Assembly: GCA_963829225.1 (NCBI GenBank)
Contig: CAWHHQ010000001.1
Location: forward strand, 136,053 to 200,052
Direction of reading: 5' to 3'
Origin: an uncultured Methanoregulaceae archaeon
GTDB taxonomy: Archaea > Halobacteriota > Methanomicrobia > Methanomicrobiales > Methanospirillaceae
Length of the DNA: 64,000 bases
Part shown: positions 1 to 10,716 of the stretch, one piece after another
How the letters are laid out: every line of letters begins with the position of its first letter
Numbering within the stretch: the first letter of the stretch is position 1
Notes under the pieces: generated by a model
Database searches by the model: none
What the model saw: the letters and a program-made list of their open reading frames with translations, nothing else
Told to the model about the DNA's origin: nothing
Made by a program: the position numbers and the translations under genes

Positions 1-1
1 C

Positions 2-184
2 CTGCGTTTTATTGATCCGGACCTCCTCAACGGGACGGGATACGATACCGTCGAGGAATTCACGGGGACCCCCGGATTTCCTCGGGCTATGCGGTCGAGC
101 CTCGCGAAACTTAAAAAAGAATACCCTCACGTCAGTGTCGTCCTGGTGAACCGTGACGGTACAATTCTGGCGGAAAGCCCATGA
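2..184 (+). CDS. cbiD: C-terminal fragment of probable cobalt-precorrin-5B C1-methyltransferase (runs off the window edge)
   Basis: Frame 2 is open from the edge (LRFIDPDLLNGTGYDTVEEF...VSVVLVNRDGTILAESP*); its stop overlaps the cbiE ATG (ATGA). Identity inferred from resemblance to the CbiD C-terminus and from gene order. Confidence 0.55.
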   Translation: MRFIDPDLLNGTGYDTVEEFTGTPGFPRAMRSSLAKLKKEYPHVSVVLVNRDGTILAESP

Positions 185-762
185 AAATTGTCGGTGTCGG
201 GTGTGGACCGGGGATGCTCACCGAACAGGCAATCCGTGAGATCTCCCGGGCTTCAGTTATTTATGGCTCCGATCGTGCCATCGATCTGGCAAAATCCTTC
301 ATTCCACCGGGCTGCACCGTAAAAACGATCGACGATTTTAAACATCTCGATAAACTTCCGGATAACGCCGTAATCCTTTCCACGGGTGACCCTATGCTCG
401 CCGGGCTTGGCTATCTTGCCGGGGACGTGATCCCCGGCATATCCTCGTTTCAGCTTGCTGCAGCCCGGTTGAAGATACCCATTTCCCGGATATCAGTGGT
501 CGTGGCACATGGCAAGGGACATGCAAAAGGAATGGAGGAGACAATTGAGGGAGTGAAACGTGGGAAGATTGTTTTTCTTCTTGCCGATCCGAAATTTGAT
601 GTCAGCAAATTTTATGCAGATCTCTCTGCGCTTTCCCTTCCACTGAAGATTGCTCTCTGCGAGAATCTTGGGTATCCTGATGAACGCATCCTCATTCGGG
701 ATATCCAGTCCCCGCCGCTGCCCGCTAAGGCACTCTATTCACTGGTTATCGGAAATTTCTAA
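181..762 (+). CDS. cbiE: Cobalt-precorrin-7 C5-methyltransferase
   Basis: Tetrapyrrole methylase motifs VGVGCGPG, LSTGDP, IPGISS, CENLGYPDE; 193 aa. Confidence 0.85.
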   Translation: MKIVGVGCGPGMLTEQAIREISRASVIYGSDRAIDLAKSFIPPGCTVKTIDDFKHLDKLPDNAVILSTGDPMLAGLGYLAGDVIPGISSFQLAAARLKIPISRISVVVAHGKGHAKGMEETIEGVKRGKIVFLLADPKFDVSKFYADLSALSLPLKIALCENLGYPDERILIRDIQSPPLPAKALYSLVIGNF

Positions 763-839
763 CCACCCAAAATGCATAATGATACAACAAAGATTTTTTC
801 TGACAGATTCAATACGTTTAGTAAAACTGGAGTGTTCCC

Positions 840-1016
840 ATGGATAAAAAAACCAAAACACAAATCAGTATCGGATTTTTTATTATCGGATTGGTTATGA
901 TCTTAATCCAGGATCTCAAAAGGCTGCCTTCGATAAATCTCGGTTTTTCCTGGCCATTCGACATTATGTTTTATATCGGTCTTATCTTTATGGCAACAGG
1001 TTATTATCTCAAGTAA
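840..1016 (+). CDS. Small two-TM membrane protein, 58 aa (below the ORF-track cutoff)
   Basis: MDKKTKTQISIGFFIIGLVMILIQDLKRLPSINLGFSWPFDIMFYIGLIFMATGYYLK*, with a GGAGTG RBS upstream and two hydrophobic segments. Confidence 0.6.
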   Translation: MDKKTKTQISIGFFIIGLVMILIQDLKRLPSINLGFSWPFDIMFYIGLIFMATGYYLK

Positions 1017-1050
1017 AAAATTTATCAAAGACCAGGCAATATGAAATGCA

Positions 1051-1577
1051 TTACTCTTTCTTCCGTTTTTCCTTATCTGGTTTCACTCCTTCAATCTTTA
1101 GTTCGCACTGACGGTCCCCGGTGCACATGGTCCTGACGAATCGTGCGGAATAGTTCTTGTTGAGGAATGGAACCGTCGACAGGGTTAAAGCCATACACCG
1201 GTTGAAGGCCGGGGTATCTCCGCTCCCGGAATCGTGACGGCAGGCAGGGAGCGGGCATCGTTTGACAAGTACAACCGCTCCGTCATCTGAGAAGTCAAGA
1301 GTCTCGGATTTGTACCCGGGACCGAAGAGAATGGCCATCACCGTCCGCAGGCTGTCGGCAAGCTCCCCGCGGTACTGACGGGAAGCGAGAGATCGCGGAC
1401 AATATCGTCCACGATAACGGCGATCTCCATCCATATACCCTGCTCGATCTCATCGTATTTCCCTCCTGACACATCACGGAATGCTGCTTCATAGAGTGCC
1501 GGCAGAAGAGCAGCCAGCCTTGCTGCAAGACGCCATTTTACCTCATCGGGAACAGATTTCAGATCAGGAACGGGTAT
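1051..1577 (-). CDS. V4R / ATC-hydrolase-like Cys-containing protein, split by a 1-nt deletion at 1365-1368; start uncertain
   Basis: ORFs 1338..1646 and 1051..1434 join (LSLPVSTAG|ELADSLRT) if one G is added to a G4 run; VKRCP, C, MCTGDRQCEL pattern. Confidence 0.6.
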
Positions 1578-1840
1578 CCCTCCCTGACTGGTTCTATGGT
1601 TGGGACGGCATATCAATATTACCGGTCCGGGGGAATGCGATCCCATAAATTATGCCTGATCCCCATTCCTGATCGACCCGGAAATCTGTGTAAAAATCGG
1701 TTTGCGTAACTATGTCCGGGTTACCGTCTGCATCAAGGAGCATCGATAAGGGGGGGGTATAAAAGATATGTATTTTTACCGGCCCCCGCTCAGGATGCAT
1801 ATTTCTTTGTCGAAAGTCTGGTAGATAATCGAAAGGTTTC

Positions 1841-2218
1841 CTACCTGCAGTACAGGTCAATTGATTTTTCAATACACTGGGATGCTTCCTTGGTCTGTCC
1901 CATCTTTTTCAGGCTCATTCCCTTATTGAACCATGCGTCCGCATGGCATGGATCAATCGCAAGTGCCTGATTATAGGAAGCGACCGCAGCTTCGCTCCTG
2001 CCAAGACAATCCTGGCAATCGCCGAGCAGGGTATATGCCTCGGCATATCGGGGATTCGCTTCAATCGCTTTACTCAGATAACTGATCGCCGTAGTATGAT
2101 CTCCTGCCAACGCCGTTTCCCTTGCCTGCCTGACCAGGTACTCTGCCTCCGAAAAGGTGCCGTGAATCCCCTCCAACCTCATTTTCTTGTCTCCGGTCAC
2201 GTGTTCGAATTGAACCAT
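1841..2218 (-). CDS. Tetratricopeptide repeat protein
   Basis: TPR-like repeats (AISYLSKAIEANP, AVASYNQALAIDP, AWFNKG). Confidence 0.8.
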   Translation of the reverse strand: MVQFEHVTGDKKMRLEGIHGTFSEAEYLVRQARETALAGDHTTAISYLSKAIEANPRYAEAYTLLGDCQDCLGRSEAAVASYNQALAIDPCHADAWFNKGMSLKKMGQTKEASQCIEKSIDLYCR

Positions 2219-2567
2219 CCGTGACTATTTTTAATGATTTTTTTTATTTTATATTAATTTGCATAATATAATTGCCATCCAGGTCTGCTTCATGGATTGC
2301 CATGCATAATGCCCCGTAAAGGTGGAAACTCGGTGTAGGGGATTTATTTAAAATTATTTCGTTTTAATCCTGGCAAACCCTGTCTGATCAACGGGAAAAT
2401 CATTCAAAAACGACCCTTTTCGTGTTTAGACAATGCGTTGCGATTAAAAAAACAGGAAATGCAGCGGGTATGATAAATATAATCCATAAATTTTTATCAT
2501 AAGTAAAATATATAAAAAAACAGGGGCATCTTTTTTTTAACCGTTTTTCATGAATAAATCACAAGTT

Positions 2568-2581
2568 TTAACCTAGGTTAA
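2568..2581. promoter_or_regulatory. Perfect 14-bp palindrome TTAACCTAGGTTAA upstream of fdhA; candidate operator
   Basis: Seen directly, about 30 nt before the fdhA ATG and just upstream of the GGAGGT RBS. Confidence 0.5.
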
Positions 2582-2610
2582 CCAGATCCGCAATTGTAGG
2601 AGGTATTCTT

Positions 2611-4675
2611 ATGGAACTGAATTACGTACCAACAACGTGTCCGTATTGCGGAACCGGGTGTGGCTTCAACCTTGTTGTCAAGGACAAGAAGGTCGTCGGC
2701 GTCGCGCCCTGGCATCGCAATCCGGTCAATGACGGCAAGCTCTGCCCGAAGGGCAACTATGCCTGGGAGTTTGTCAACAGCCCGGACCGGCTGACCATGC
2801 CGCTTATCAAGAAGGATGGCAAGTTTGTTGAGGCCAGCTGGGACGAAGCATATAAACTGATTGTCTCAAAATTCAAATCATACAAGGGAGAAGAGATGGC
2901 CTGCCTCTCGTCAGCCCGTGTCTCCAATGAAGAGAACTACCTGATGCAGAAGTTTGCCCGTGCGGTTTTGAAAACGCCCAATATTGACCACTGTGCCCGG
3001 CTCTGTCACGCATCGACCGTGGTCGGTCTTGCCGGTGCTTTTGGCTCCGGCGCCATGACCAACTCGATAGCCGATATTGGTGAGTCCAAATGCATCTTCG
3101 TCCTTGGCAGCAACACCGTCGAGCAGCACCCGCTGATCGGGCGGCAGATCATGCTCGCCAAGAAGCGTGGTGCAAAAGTCATCTGTGCAGATCCACGGTT
3201 TACGCCAACCGCCAAACTTGCGGATCTCTACATGCCCTTTGACTCGGGAACGGATGTTGCGCTCCTGAACGGTATCATGCAGCACATCATCAAGAACGGC
3301 TGGGAGAACAAGGAATTCATTGCAAAGAGGACCAAGGACTTCGACAAGTTCAAGGAAGTCGTGATGAAACCCGAGTACTCGCTTGAGAATGTCTCCAGGA
3401 TCACGAAGATCCCGGCAAAAGACATTGCCACCACGGCCGAGTGGATTGCAAAGGCCGAGTCCAGCAACGTCCTGTACTCCATGGGTATTACCCAGCACAC
3501 GACAGGTGTCGACAATGTCAAATCGGTCGCAAACCTCCAGATGATCACCGGTCACCTCGGCAAACGTGGTGGCGGTGTCTGTGCACTCCGTGGCCAGAAC
3601 AACGTGCAGGGCGCCTGCGACATGGGAGCCCTTGCAAACGTGTACTCCGGGTACCAGTCGGTCATCGTTCCCGACATGCGCAAGAAGATGATGGATGCAT
3701 GGGGCTGTGAAATCGCCGAGGGTAAAGTCGGCCTGACGGTCACCAAGCTCGATCAACGTCCTTGCCGACCAGCCCGGGACGGTCAAGGCCGCCTATATCA
3801 TGGGCGAGAATCCGATGATCTCCGACCCCGACCTCCACCACGTAGAGAAGGGACTGAAGAACCTCGAGTTCCTGGTCGTACAGGACATCTTCATGACCGA
3901 AACCGGCGAGCTTGCAAACGTCGTGCTCCCGGCAGCCTGTTTTGCGGAAAAGGACGGCACGCAGACCAGCACCGAACGCCGTGTCCAGAAATGGAGAAAG
4001 GCGCAGGACCCGCCCGGACAGGCAAAGGCGGACTGGCAGATCATCAGCGAGCTCGCGGCAGAGATGGGATTTGCCAAGCAGTTCCCGTACAAGAGTGCCG
4101 AAGAGATCTTTACCGAAGTATCAAAGGTAACCCCATCCTATGCGGGCATGGACTACGTACGTCTCGACAAACCCGAGGCGCTGCACTGGCCCTGCCCGAC
4201 AAAAGAACACCCGGGCACCCCCATACTCCACAAGGAGAAATTCACCCACCCGGACGGTCTTGGCATTCTCACTCCAATAGAGTTCAAATACCCGGCGGAA
4301 GTGCCGGATAAAGACTACCCGCTCATCATGACCACCGGCCGCTGCATCTGGCAGTGGCACACCGGCACGATGACCCGCCGCTCGAAGGATCTCGAGCGCG
4401 AGGAGCCGACCGGCTGGGTCGAGATCAACCCGGAGGACGCAAAGGCCCTTAATATCAAGGACAAGGAGATGGTGAAAGCCGTCACCCGCAGGGGCGAGAT
4501 CACGATCGGCGCACGGGTCACCAGGGACATCAAGAAAGGTGTCGTCTTCCTGCCATTCCACTACAAGGAATGTGCCGCCAATGTGCTGACCAACAACGCC
4601 CTTGACCCTGTCGCGGCAATTCCGGAGTTCAAGGCCTGTGCTGTCAGGATAGAGAAGATCGCGGAGGCGAAGTAA
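2611..4675 (+). CDS. fdhA: F420-dependent formate dehydrogenase alpha subunit (Cys form), with a +1 indel at ~3751
   Basis: CPYCGTGC/CPKG Fe-S motif, CARLCH, RGQNNVQG, MGENP, PEFKACAV. Removing G3751 joins ORFs 2611..4311 and 3800..4675 into ~687 aa. Confidence 0.93.
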
Positions 4676-4676
4676 C

Positions 4677-5828
4677 ATGGCTAAGAAAGGCGATATGCTC
4701 TACGCGTGGACCAACGACGTAGAGATCAAGAAGAAAGCTGAACTCGGCGGAGCGGTGACCGCGCTCTGGAAACACGCTCTGGAATCCAAGATGGTCGATG
4801 CAGTCTTCGCGGTCCGGAAAGGAAAAGACCTGTACGACGCCCAACCGATCCTTATAACCGACCCAAAGGACCTTGCCCAGACGGCCGGGTCCCTTCACTG
4901 CGGAACGCTCCTGCTCCCCAAACTTGTCAAGAAATACCTTGACGGTGCGGCGAACAAGAAGATTGGTGTCACGGTCAAGGGCTGCGATGCGATGGGTTTT
5001 ATCGAACTCGCCAATCGCAAGCAGATCAATCTCAACAACATCATTATGATCGGTGTCAACTGTGGTGGTTCGGTCAGCCCTATCCTTGCCCGCAAGATGA
5101 TCGCCGACAAGTTCGGGGTCGACCCGGACACGGTCCACAAGGAAGAGATTGACAAGGGCCAGTTCATCATTGAGTATGAAGGCGGACACAAAGGCATCTC
5201 CATTGATGAGCTCGAAGAAGCCGGGTATGGACGCCGGGCAAACTGCCGGCGCTGCAAGTACAAAATCCCCCGCCAGGCAGATCTTGCCTGCGGCAACTGG
5301 GGCGTCATCGGCGACAAGGCGGGGAAGGCAACTTTTGTGGAAGTCTGCAGCGAGAAGGGTGCTAACCTCTTAAACGGCGCGGTAACAAAAGGCATCCTTG
5401 CGACCGAGGCTGCAAACCCCAAGGGTCTTGAGATCCGGGGCAAGGTCGAAGGAGCCATGCTGAAACTCGGCGAAAAATGGAGGAAAAAAGATTTCGCAAC
5501 CCTTGGGGCATCCATGTGGGAGACAATAAACAAAGAGACAGCGCGGTGTATCAAGTGTTATTCATGTATTGAGAACTGCCCGGTCTGTTTCACTACTGCC
5601 GATGCACTGATGAAAGGATCCCTCATGGTAAAACCAGGAGAACTTCCCCCGAACCCGATGTTCCATTTGAGACGCTTCGCCCATATCTCGGATACCTGCA
5701 TCAACTGTGGCCAGTGCGAGGAACTCTGCCCCGCCGAGATTCCCCTTGCACTCTTCTCGCATGCGATCCGTGTTGAAGGAGACAGTTTTTACGAGCCTAA
5801 ACTGGGTAAGGTCACCTATACCAATTAA
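4677..5828 (+). CDS. fdhB: F420-dependent formate dehydrogenase beta subunit
   Basis: FrhB/FdhB motifs GGAVT, AGSLHCG, ADLACGNWG; two 4Fe-4S motifs (CIKCYSCIENCP, CINCGQCEELCP); adjacent to fdhA. Confidence 0.93.
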   Translation: MAKKGDMLYAWTNDVEIKKKAELGGAVTALWKHALESKMVDAVFAVRKGKDLYDAQPILITDPKDLAQTAGSLHCGTLLLPKLVKKYLDGAANKKIGVTVKGCDAMGFIELANRKQINLNNIIMIGVNCGGSVSPILARKMIADKFGVDPDTVHKEEIDKGQFIIEYEGGHKGISIDELEEAGYGRRANCRRCKYKIPRQADLACGNWGVIGDKAGKATFVEVCSEKGANLLNGAVTKGILATEAANPKGLEIRGKVEGAMLKLGEKWRKKDFATLGASMWETINKETARCIKCYSCIENCPVCFTTADALMKGSLMVKPGELPPNPMFHLRRFAHISDTCINCGQCEELCPAEIPLALFSHAIRVEGDSFYEPKLGKVTYTN

Positions 5829-5940
5829 TTTTTTTAGCACTGCGATGGTTCAAAAAAAATGATTGCAGGTGCAAACCGAAGGATAAACGAGGTTTTCAAA
5901 TTAAACGGGATAAATTCAAAGTATTCTGACAAGGAGATGA

Positions 5941-6402
5941 ATGAAGATGAAATCAGATGACGCAAAGAAGATCATTTCAACTGCTATCGACAGGGAAGTC
6001 GAGGCGTACACATTTTACCGGACTATATCGGATAAGGTAAGGGATGCAGCACTCAAGCACCTCTTTGATGAGCTCGCCGGGGAGGAGAAACAGCACCGGG
6101 AGTTTCTCCAGGGCATGCTGTCAAAGGATGTCTCCAAAATGCACTTTGACGCAAAGAAGGACTACAAGGTGGTAAATGCAATGGCCAGCCCCCCTCTGTC
6201 GGCCGATATGAAACCGCTTGATGGTATCGTTGTGTCGATCAAGAAGGAGCTCGAAGCGATGCAGATGTATACCCAGTTAGCGGGACTCTCAACCGATACG
6301 GAGCAGAAGTTCCTCTTTACCCAGCTTGCAAACATGGAAAGCGGGCACAAAGCACGGCTGGAGGATCTCTACACCAATATGGCATTCCCTGAAGTCTGGT
6401 AG
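5941..6402 (+). CDS. Rubrerythrin / ferritin-like di-iron protein
   Basis: EVEAYTFY...EEKQH and ELEAMQMY...ESGH motifs. Confidence 0.85.
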   Translation: MKMKSDDAKKIISTAIDREVEAYTFYRTISDKVRDAALKHLFDELAGEEKQHREFLQGMLSKDVSKMHFDAKKDYKVVNAMASPPLSADMKPLDGIVVSIKKELEAMQMYTQLAGLSTDTEQKFLFTQLANMESGHKARLEDLYTNMAFPEVW

Positions 6403-6811
6403 GGAGGGAGCTTCCTGTCAGGCTTACGTGAAATTACCACGAATGAGTGAGACGCATAGTCGTATCCAGAGAAAGATAATTGTACCGTAGTGAGGGGGGG
6501 TGTCAGGACATCAATCGCCTCTTGTCCTGAGACAATTCCCCGGTCTTTTTCTTCCAGCGAATATTTCCCTGCCAAAACCCGGTGGCGGTTTTTTTCCCGG
6601 TGATGCCGAACGAGGCATCGTCTGGATATACGTGGAGGGAATATCCTGGAGAATATTTGCCGGCAATCGAAAGAATTGCCAATGAAAGGTCTGGTTCGGG
6701 AAATTTTTCTCATCTTCGTTTTTGCATGAATCCAATGGTGATCGGGTTAATTTAAAAATAAAAATATTTCAAAAACAATATATTTAACTCAATACCTATT
6801 CATCTTCTAAT

Positions 6812-9800
6812 ATGCCGGTTCTTGATCGGGAGAAAGTAAATCGATTAAAACAAATCCTTAAATGGCAACCACGGGGTATGACCATATCAGATCTCGCTAC
6901 CCAGATGGATATGAACCGGAATCTTGTGGCAAAATACCTGGACATGCTCCTTATATCCGGGCAGGTGGAGATGCAGGTCGTCGGAGCCGCCAAGGTATAT
7001 TTTCTCTCTCACCGGGTCCCTATATCGTCAATGCTGGAATTCTCTTCGGATATGGTCATTGTTCTTGACAGTGAACAAAAAATAGTGCAGGTCAATGAAC
7101 CGGTTCTCCTGATGCTCAGGGAAAGGAAGGATGCGCTGGTTGGCAGACACCTCAAGGATATAGATAATTCTTTTTTCAGGGCTGTTCCTAGTATTATACC
7201 CTCAAAAGATACGGATACCTCTCTCGAACAGGTTCGCGAGATGGGATGCAGGCTCGAAGGAAAGAAACACCATTTTCGCGTGAAACAGTTACCAACTACT
7301 TTTGAAGACGGGAACCAGGGGATAACCCTGATTATTGAGGATATCTCAGCCCAGGTTATGTACCAGGAAATGCTGGAACTGAATGAAGCCCGTTATCGAG
7401 GTATTGTAGAGGACCAGACTGAATTTATAACACGATTCCTGCCGGATGGAAAGCTCGTTTTTGTAAACGATGCATATGCACGATATCTCGGGAAAACCAA
7501 AGAGGAACTCCTTGGCGGGTTGCATATACCTCATCTTGAATCTGAGGACATACCGGCAGTGAGCATGAGCATATTGGCCCTGAACGAAGATAACCCGGTT
7601 GTTACCTTTGAATGCCGGATCCACCATACCTGCGACCTGACCGGGGTCGGGGAGGAACGATGGAACCTTTGGACGGTGCGGGTGCTTTTTGATGATGAAA
7701 AAAAACCTGTTGAATATCAGGGTATTGGCAGAGATAATACGGAGAAACATGAGGCGGCAACGAGGATTAACCTGTATATTAAAGATATGGAATTCCTTTC
7801 CCGCAAATCGCAGGAGTTTGTTGAGCTTTCTCCTGATATCGATATTTTTCATACAATCGGGCAGGGTATTTCCGAGATTATTCCTGATTCATTAATTACG
7901 GTCAGTTCAATTGATGTACTATCTGATACCCTCACGGTCAGAGCAGTGCTGCCCGAACAGGATCGAGAACTCCTCACAAAATATATTGGAAGGGACCTGC
8001 TGGGGTTCCCGTTCAAAATCAGTCTCCTGCCAGAACAGAAAAAGATGGATTTTTTCAATGCCCAACAGGCAGGAAAATTAGTGAATGTGCAAGAAAACCT
8101 GCATATCATTTTTTTCCAGCAGATTCCCCAGGATACCTGCGATTTGATCGAGAAAAATCTGGACCTGGGTGACTGCCTTTACACCATCGGACTGGCACGT
8201 CATGGGATACTCTTTGGGAATGTCTCATTTTCATTGCGGAAAGGTAAAACCCTCACAAATTCTTCGATTATTGAAACGTTTGTCCGCCAGGCAGCTGTCG
8301 TCTTACACCGGAGACGCACAGATGATGCGCTGAAGGCAAGTGAATTACGCTACCGGGGAATCGTTGAGGACCAGACTGAATTTGTTACACGGTTCCTGCC
8401 TGAAGGTATACTCACGTATGTAAATGATTCAGTGACCAGCTATTTCCAGAAGGAACGGGGCGAATTGCTTGGGCAGTCGATATTTTCCCTGGTTCTCCCT
8501 GCCGACCAGGACACGCTGATCCAAAGCCTGCTCTCCCTGAACACCCATAATCCGGTACGAACAATTGAACATCGTGTACTTGATCCCTCAGGTCGCGTCC
8601 GCTGGACCCAATGGACAAACCGGGCTCATTTTGACGATAAAGGAGCGATTATCGAATATCAGGGAGTCGGCAGGGATATTACCGAACAAAAAGAGGCGGA
8701 CGCAAAAATCAGGCAGTATATTGCAGATATTGAGTTCCTCTCGCAGAAATCCCATGAATTCCTCGAACTCCCCCCGGATGCTGATATGTACGGAACCATC
8801 TGCCGTGGGGTAAAGGAAATTCTTCCAAATGCTATCGTTCTGGTAAACTCATTTGACCTCAACAACGATGCTACAACGAGGAGTGTGCTTGGAGATGAAG
8901 AACGCGATGTCTTCAGTACACTGATGGGGGAAGATATTATCGGCAAGATTGTGAAGGTCCCCAGGAATTTCCACGGAGACAATGCAGTAAAGATTAACAC
9001 GAGTGGAAGAATCGTCCGGGTACCCGGTAACTTTTTTGTTGCCACACAAAAATCTGTACCCGAAGCGGTATGCACGAAGATTGAAGAAACCCTGAACATC
9101 GGGGATATTTATCTTATAGGTCTTGTTTCGCAGGGGATTGTCCTTGCTGATGTGGTAATAATACTCCGGAGGGGGGATAAACTTGGACATGTTGACCTTA
9201 TTGAGGCTTACATCCGTCAGGCGTCCATCGCCTTACTACGATGCAAGACAGAACAAACCTTAAAAAAGAGTGAATCAAGGTATCGGGGAATCGTTGAGGA
9301 CCAGACCGAATTAGTCACGAGGTTCCTCACGGACGGGACTCTCACTTATGTGAACGATTCAGTATGCAGGTATTTTTTAAAGGACCGGTCTGAATTGCTG
9401 GGGCAGTCGATATTTTCCCCGGTTCTCAAAGATGACCAGGAACGGATAATTCAGGATCTTCATTCTTTGAACGCAGATAACCCTGTACGAACAACGGAAA
9501 ATCGTATGCTTGATGGCGGGGGACACATCCGCTGGACACAGTGGACAACCAGGGCTCTCCTTGGAGATCATGGGAAAATTATCGAATACCAGGGCGTTGG
9601 CAGGGATATTACCGAACAAAAAGAGGCGGAAGCAAAAATCAGGCAATATATAGCCAATATCGAGTTCATTTCCCGGGCCTCCTACGAATTTCTCGAACTT
9701 TCCCCGGAGGCCGATATTTACGAAATTATCGGCAAAGGAGTAAAGACCATTCTTCCCAACGCGATTATCGTGGTAAATTCCATTGAATTAAAAACCGCCG

Positions 9801-10567
9801 CAGCGGTCACCCGGAGTGTACTGGGACACGATGATTGCACCACATTCAGTTCCCTGTTGGGGGAAGATTTTATCGGTAAGTCGGTGATTCTCAGGGAGGG
9901 GTTCGAAGGGGACATGTCCGTAAAAGACATCCTGAGCGGAAGAGTAGTCAAGGTCCCGGGTAACCTGCATCTTGCATTCCAGAGACAGGTACCCGAAGAA
10001 GTGTGTGACAGGATTCAGGATGTCCTGAACATTGGCGATATTTATGCCATCGGACTTGTTTCGCAGGGAATTATCCTGGCAAATATTGCAATACTGCTCC
10101 GTAAGGGTGACACTCTCGAGCATACAGAGCTCATTGAGACGTACACCCGGCAGGCCTCTATCGCACTACTGCGGCGAAATACAGAAGAAACCCTGAAAAA
10201 GAATGAAAAATTATACCGGAGCGTGATCGAAAATATCCAGGATGTCTTTTATCGCTCCGATACGACGGGGAACCTCATCATGGCAAGCCCGAGTTGGGCA
10301 CGGATGCTCGGATATGACTCTCTAAACGACTGTATCGGACACAATATCGCAGAAAAATTCTATTTTGAACCGGAACGCCGGAAAGAATTTCTTGATGCCG
10401 TCTTCAGAAACGATTCTGTCAATGATTACCCGGTTGTGTTAAAATGCCGGGACGGATCTCCCCTCTGCGTCTTAACCAACTCGCACCGGTATTATGATGA
10501 TGCAGGTGAATTCCTTGGTGTTGAAGGAATCTTCCGGGACATTGGCGATCGTCCCGGGAATATCTGA
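6812..10567 (+). CDS. Multi-sensor protein: N-terminal winged HTH, PAS, three PAS-GAF-like modules, C-terminal PAS; no kinase domain
   Basis: HTH PRGMTISDLATQMDMNRNLVAKYLDML; repeated RYRGIVEDQTE...EYQG(I/V)GRD; ends in a PAS (VEGIFRDI). Confidence 0.88.
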   Translation: MPVLDREKVNRLKQILKWQPRGMTISDLATQMDMNRNLVAKYLDMLLISGQVEMQVVGAAKVYFLSHRVPISSMLEFSSDMVIVLDSEQKIVQVNEPVLLMLRERKDALVGRHLKDIDNSFFRAVPSIIPSKDTDTSLEQVREMGCRLEGKKHHFRVKQLPTTFEDGNQGITLIIEDISAQVMYQEMLELNEARYRGIVEDQTEFITRFLPDGKLVFVNDAYARYLGKTKEELLGGLHIPHLESEDIPAVSMSILALNEDNPVVTFECRIHHTCDLTGVGEERWNLWTVRVLFDDEKKPVEYQGIGRDNTEKHEAATRINLYIKDMEFLSRKSQEFVELSPDIDIFHTIGQGISEIIPDSLITVSSIDVLSDTLTVRAVLPEQDRELLTKYIGRDLLGFPFKISLLPEQKKMDFFNAQQAGKLVNVQENLHIIFFQQIPQDTCDLIEKNLDLGDCLYTIGLARHGILFGNVSFSLRKGKTLTNSSIIETFVRQAAVVLHRRRTDDALKASELRYRGIVEDQTEFVTRFLPEGILTYVNDSVTSYFQKERGELLGQSIFSLVLPADQDTLIQSLLSLNTHNPVRTIEHRVLDPSGRVRWTQWTNRAHFDDKGAIIEYQGVGRDITEQKEADAKIRQYIADIEFLSQKSHEFLELPPDADMYGTICRGVKEILPNAIVLVNSFDLNNDATTRSVLGDEERDVFSTLMGEDIIGKIVKVPRNFHGDNAVKINTSGRIVRVPGNFFVATQKSVPEAVCTKIEETLNIGDIYLIGLVSQGIVLADVVIILRRGDKLGHVDLIEAYIRQASIALLRCKTEQTLKKSESRYRGIVEDQTELVTRFLTDGTLTYVNDSVCRYFLKDRSELLGQSIFSPVLKDDQERIIQDLHSLNADNPVRTTENRMLDGGGHIRWTQWTTRALLGDHGKIIEYQGVGRDITEQKEAEAKIRQYIANIEFISRASYEFLELSPEADIYEIIGKGVKTILPNAIIVVNSIELKTAAAVTRSVLGHDDCTTFSSLLGEDFIGKSVILREGFEGDMSVKDILSGRVVKVPGNLHLAFQRQVPEEVCDRIQDVLNIGDIYAIGLVSQGIILANIAILLRKGDTLEHTELIETYTRQASIALLRRNTEETLKKNEKLYRSVIENIQDVFYRSDTTGNLIMASPSWARMLGYDSLNDCIGHNIAEKFYFEPERRKEFLDAVFRNDSVNDYPVVLKCRDGSPLCVLTNSHRYYDDAGEFLGVEGIFRDIGDRPGNI
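7388..10200 (+). repeat. Three intragenic tandem repeats of ~930-960 bp (PAS-GAF modules)
   Basis: Units start near 7390, 8350 and 9280, each with gaggaccagac.gaatt. Units 2 and 3 share long identical runs such as ggcagggatattaccgaacaaaaagaggcgga. Confidence 0.85.
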
Positions 10568-10716
10568 TCAGAAGAAGGATCGTATCCCCTGGAGGATTGG
10601 TTTTCCTCATGCGCTGATGAAGTCTGACGGATTATTTCCGTAGAGGAAAATGAGACTTACCTGGAGAGTGTATCTGACTTTGTACCAGTTTCCAATTCCC
10701 GAAAGTTGTAGAAATA

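Noticed and set aside
2611-4675. fdhA as a split gene, pseudogene or selenoprotein
   Set aside because: The active site is Cys (CARLCH) with no in-frame TGA. One extra base explains the break, and both halves are fully conserved.
2911-5554. Long antisense ORFs over fdhAB, and similar ones over mutS, yyaL and RACo
   Set aside because: Shadow ORFs caused by GC-rich codon bias of the sense genes; no motifs or RBS.
6410-6740. Hairpin TCAGGACA...TGTCCTGA and overlapping ORFs between the rubrerythrin-like gene and the PAS gene
   Set aside because: A single 8-bp stem with no recognisable RNA family; the ORFs lack protein-like features.
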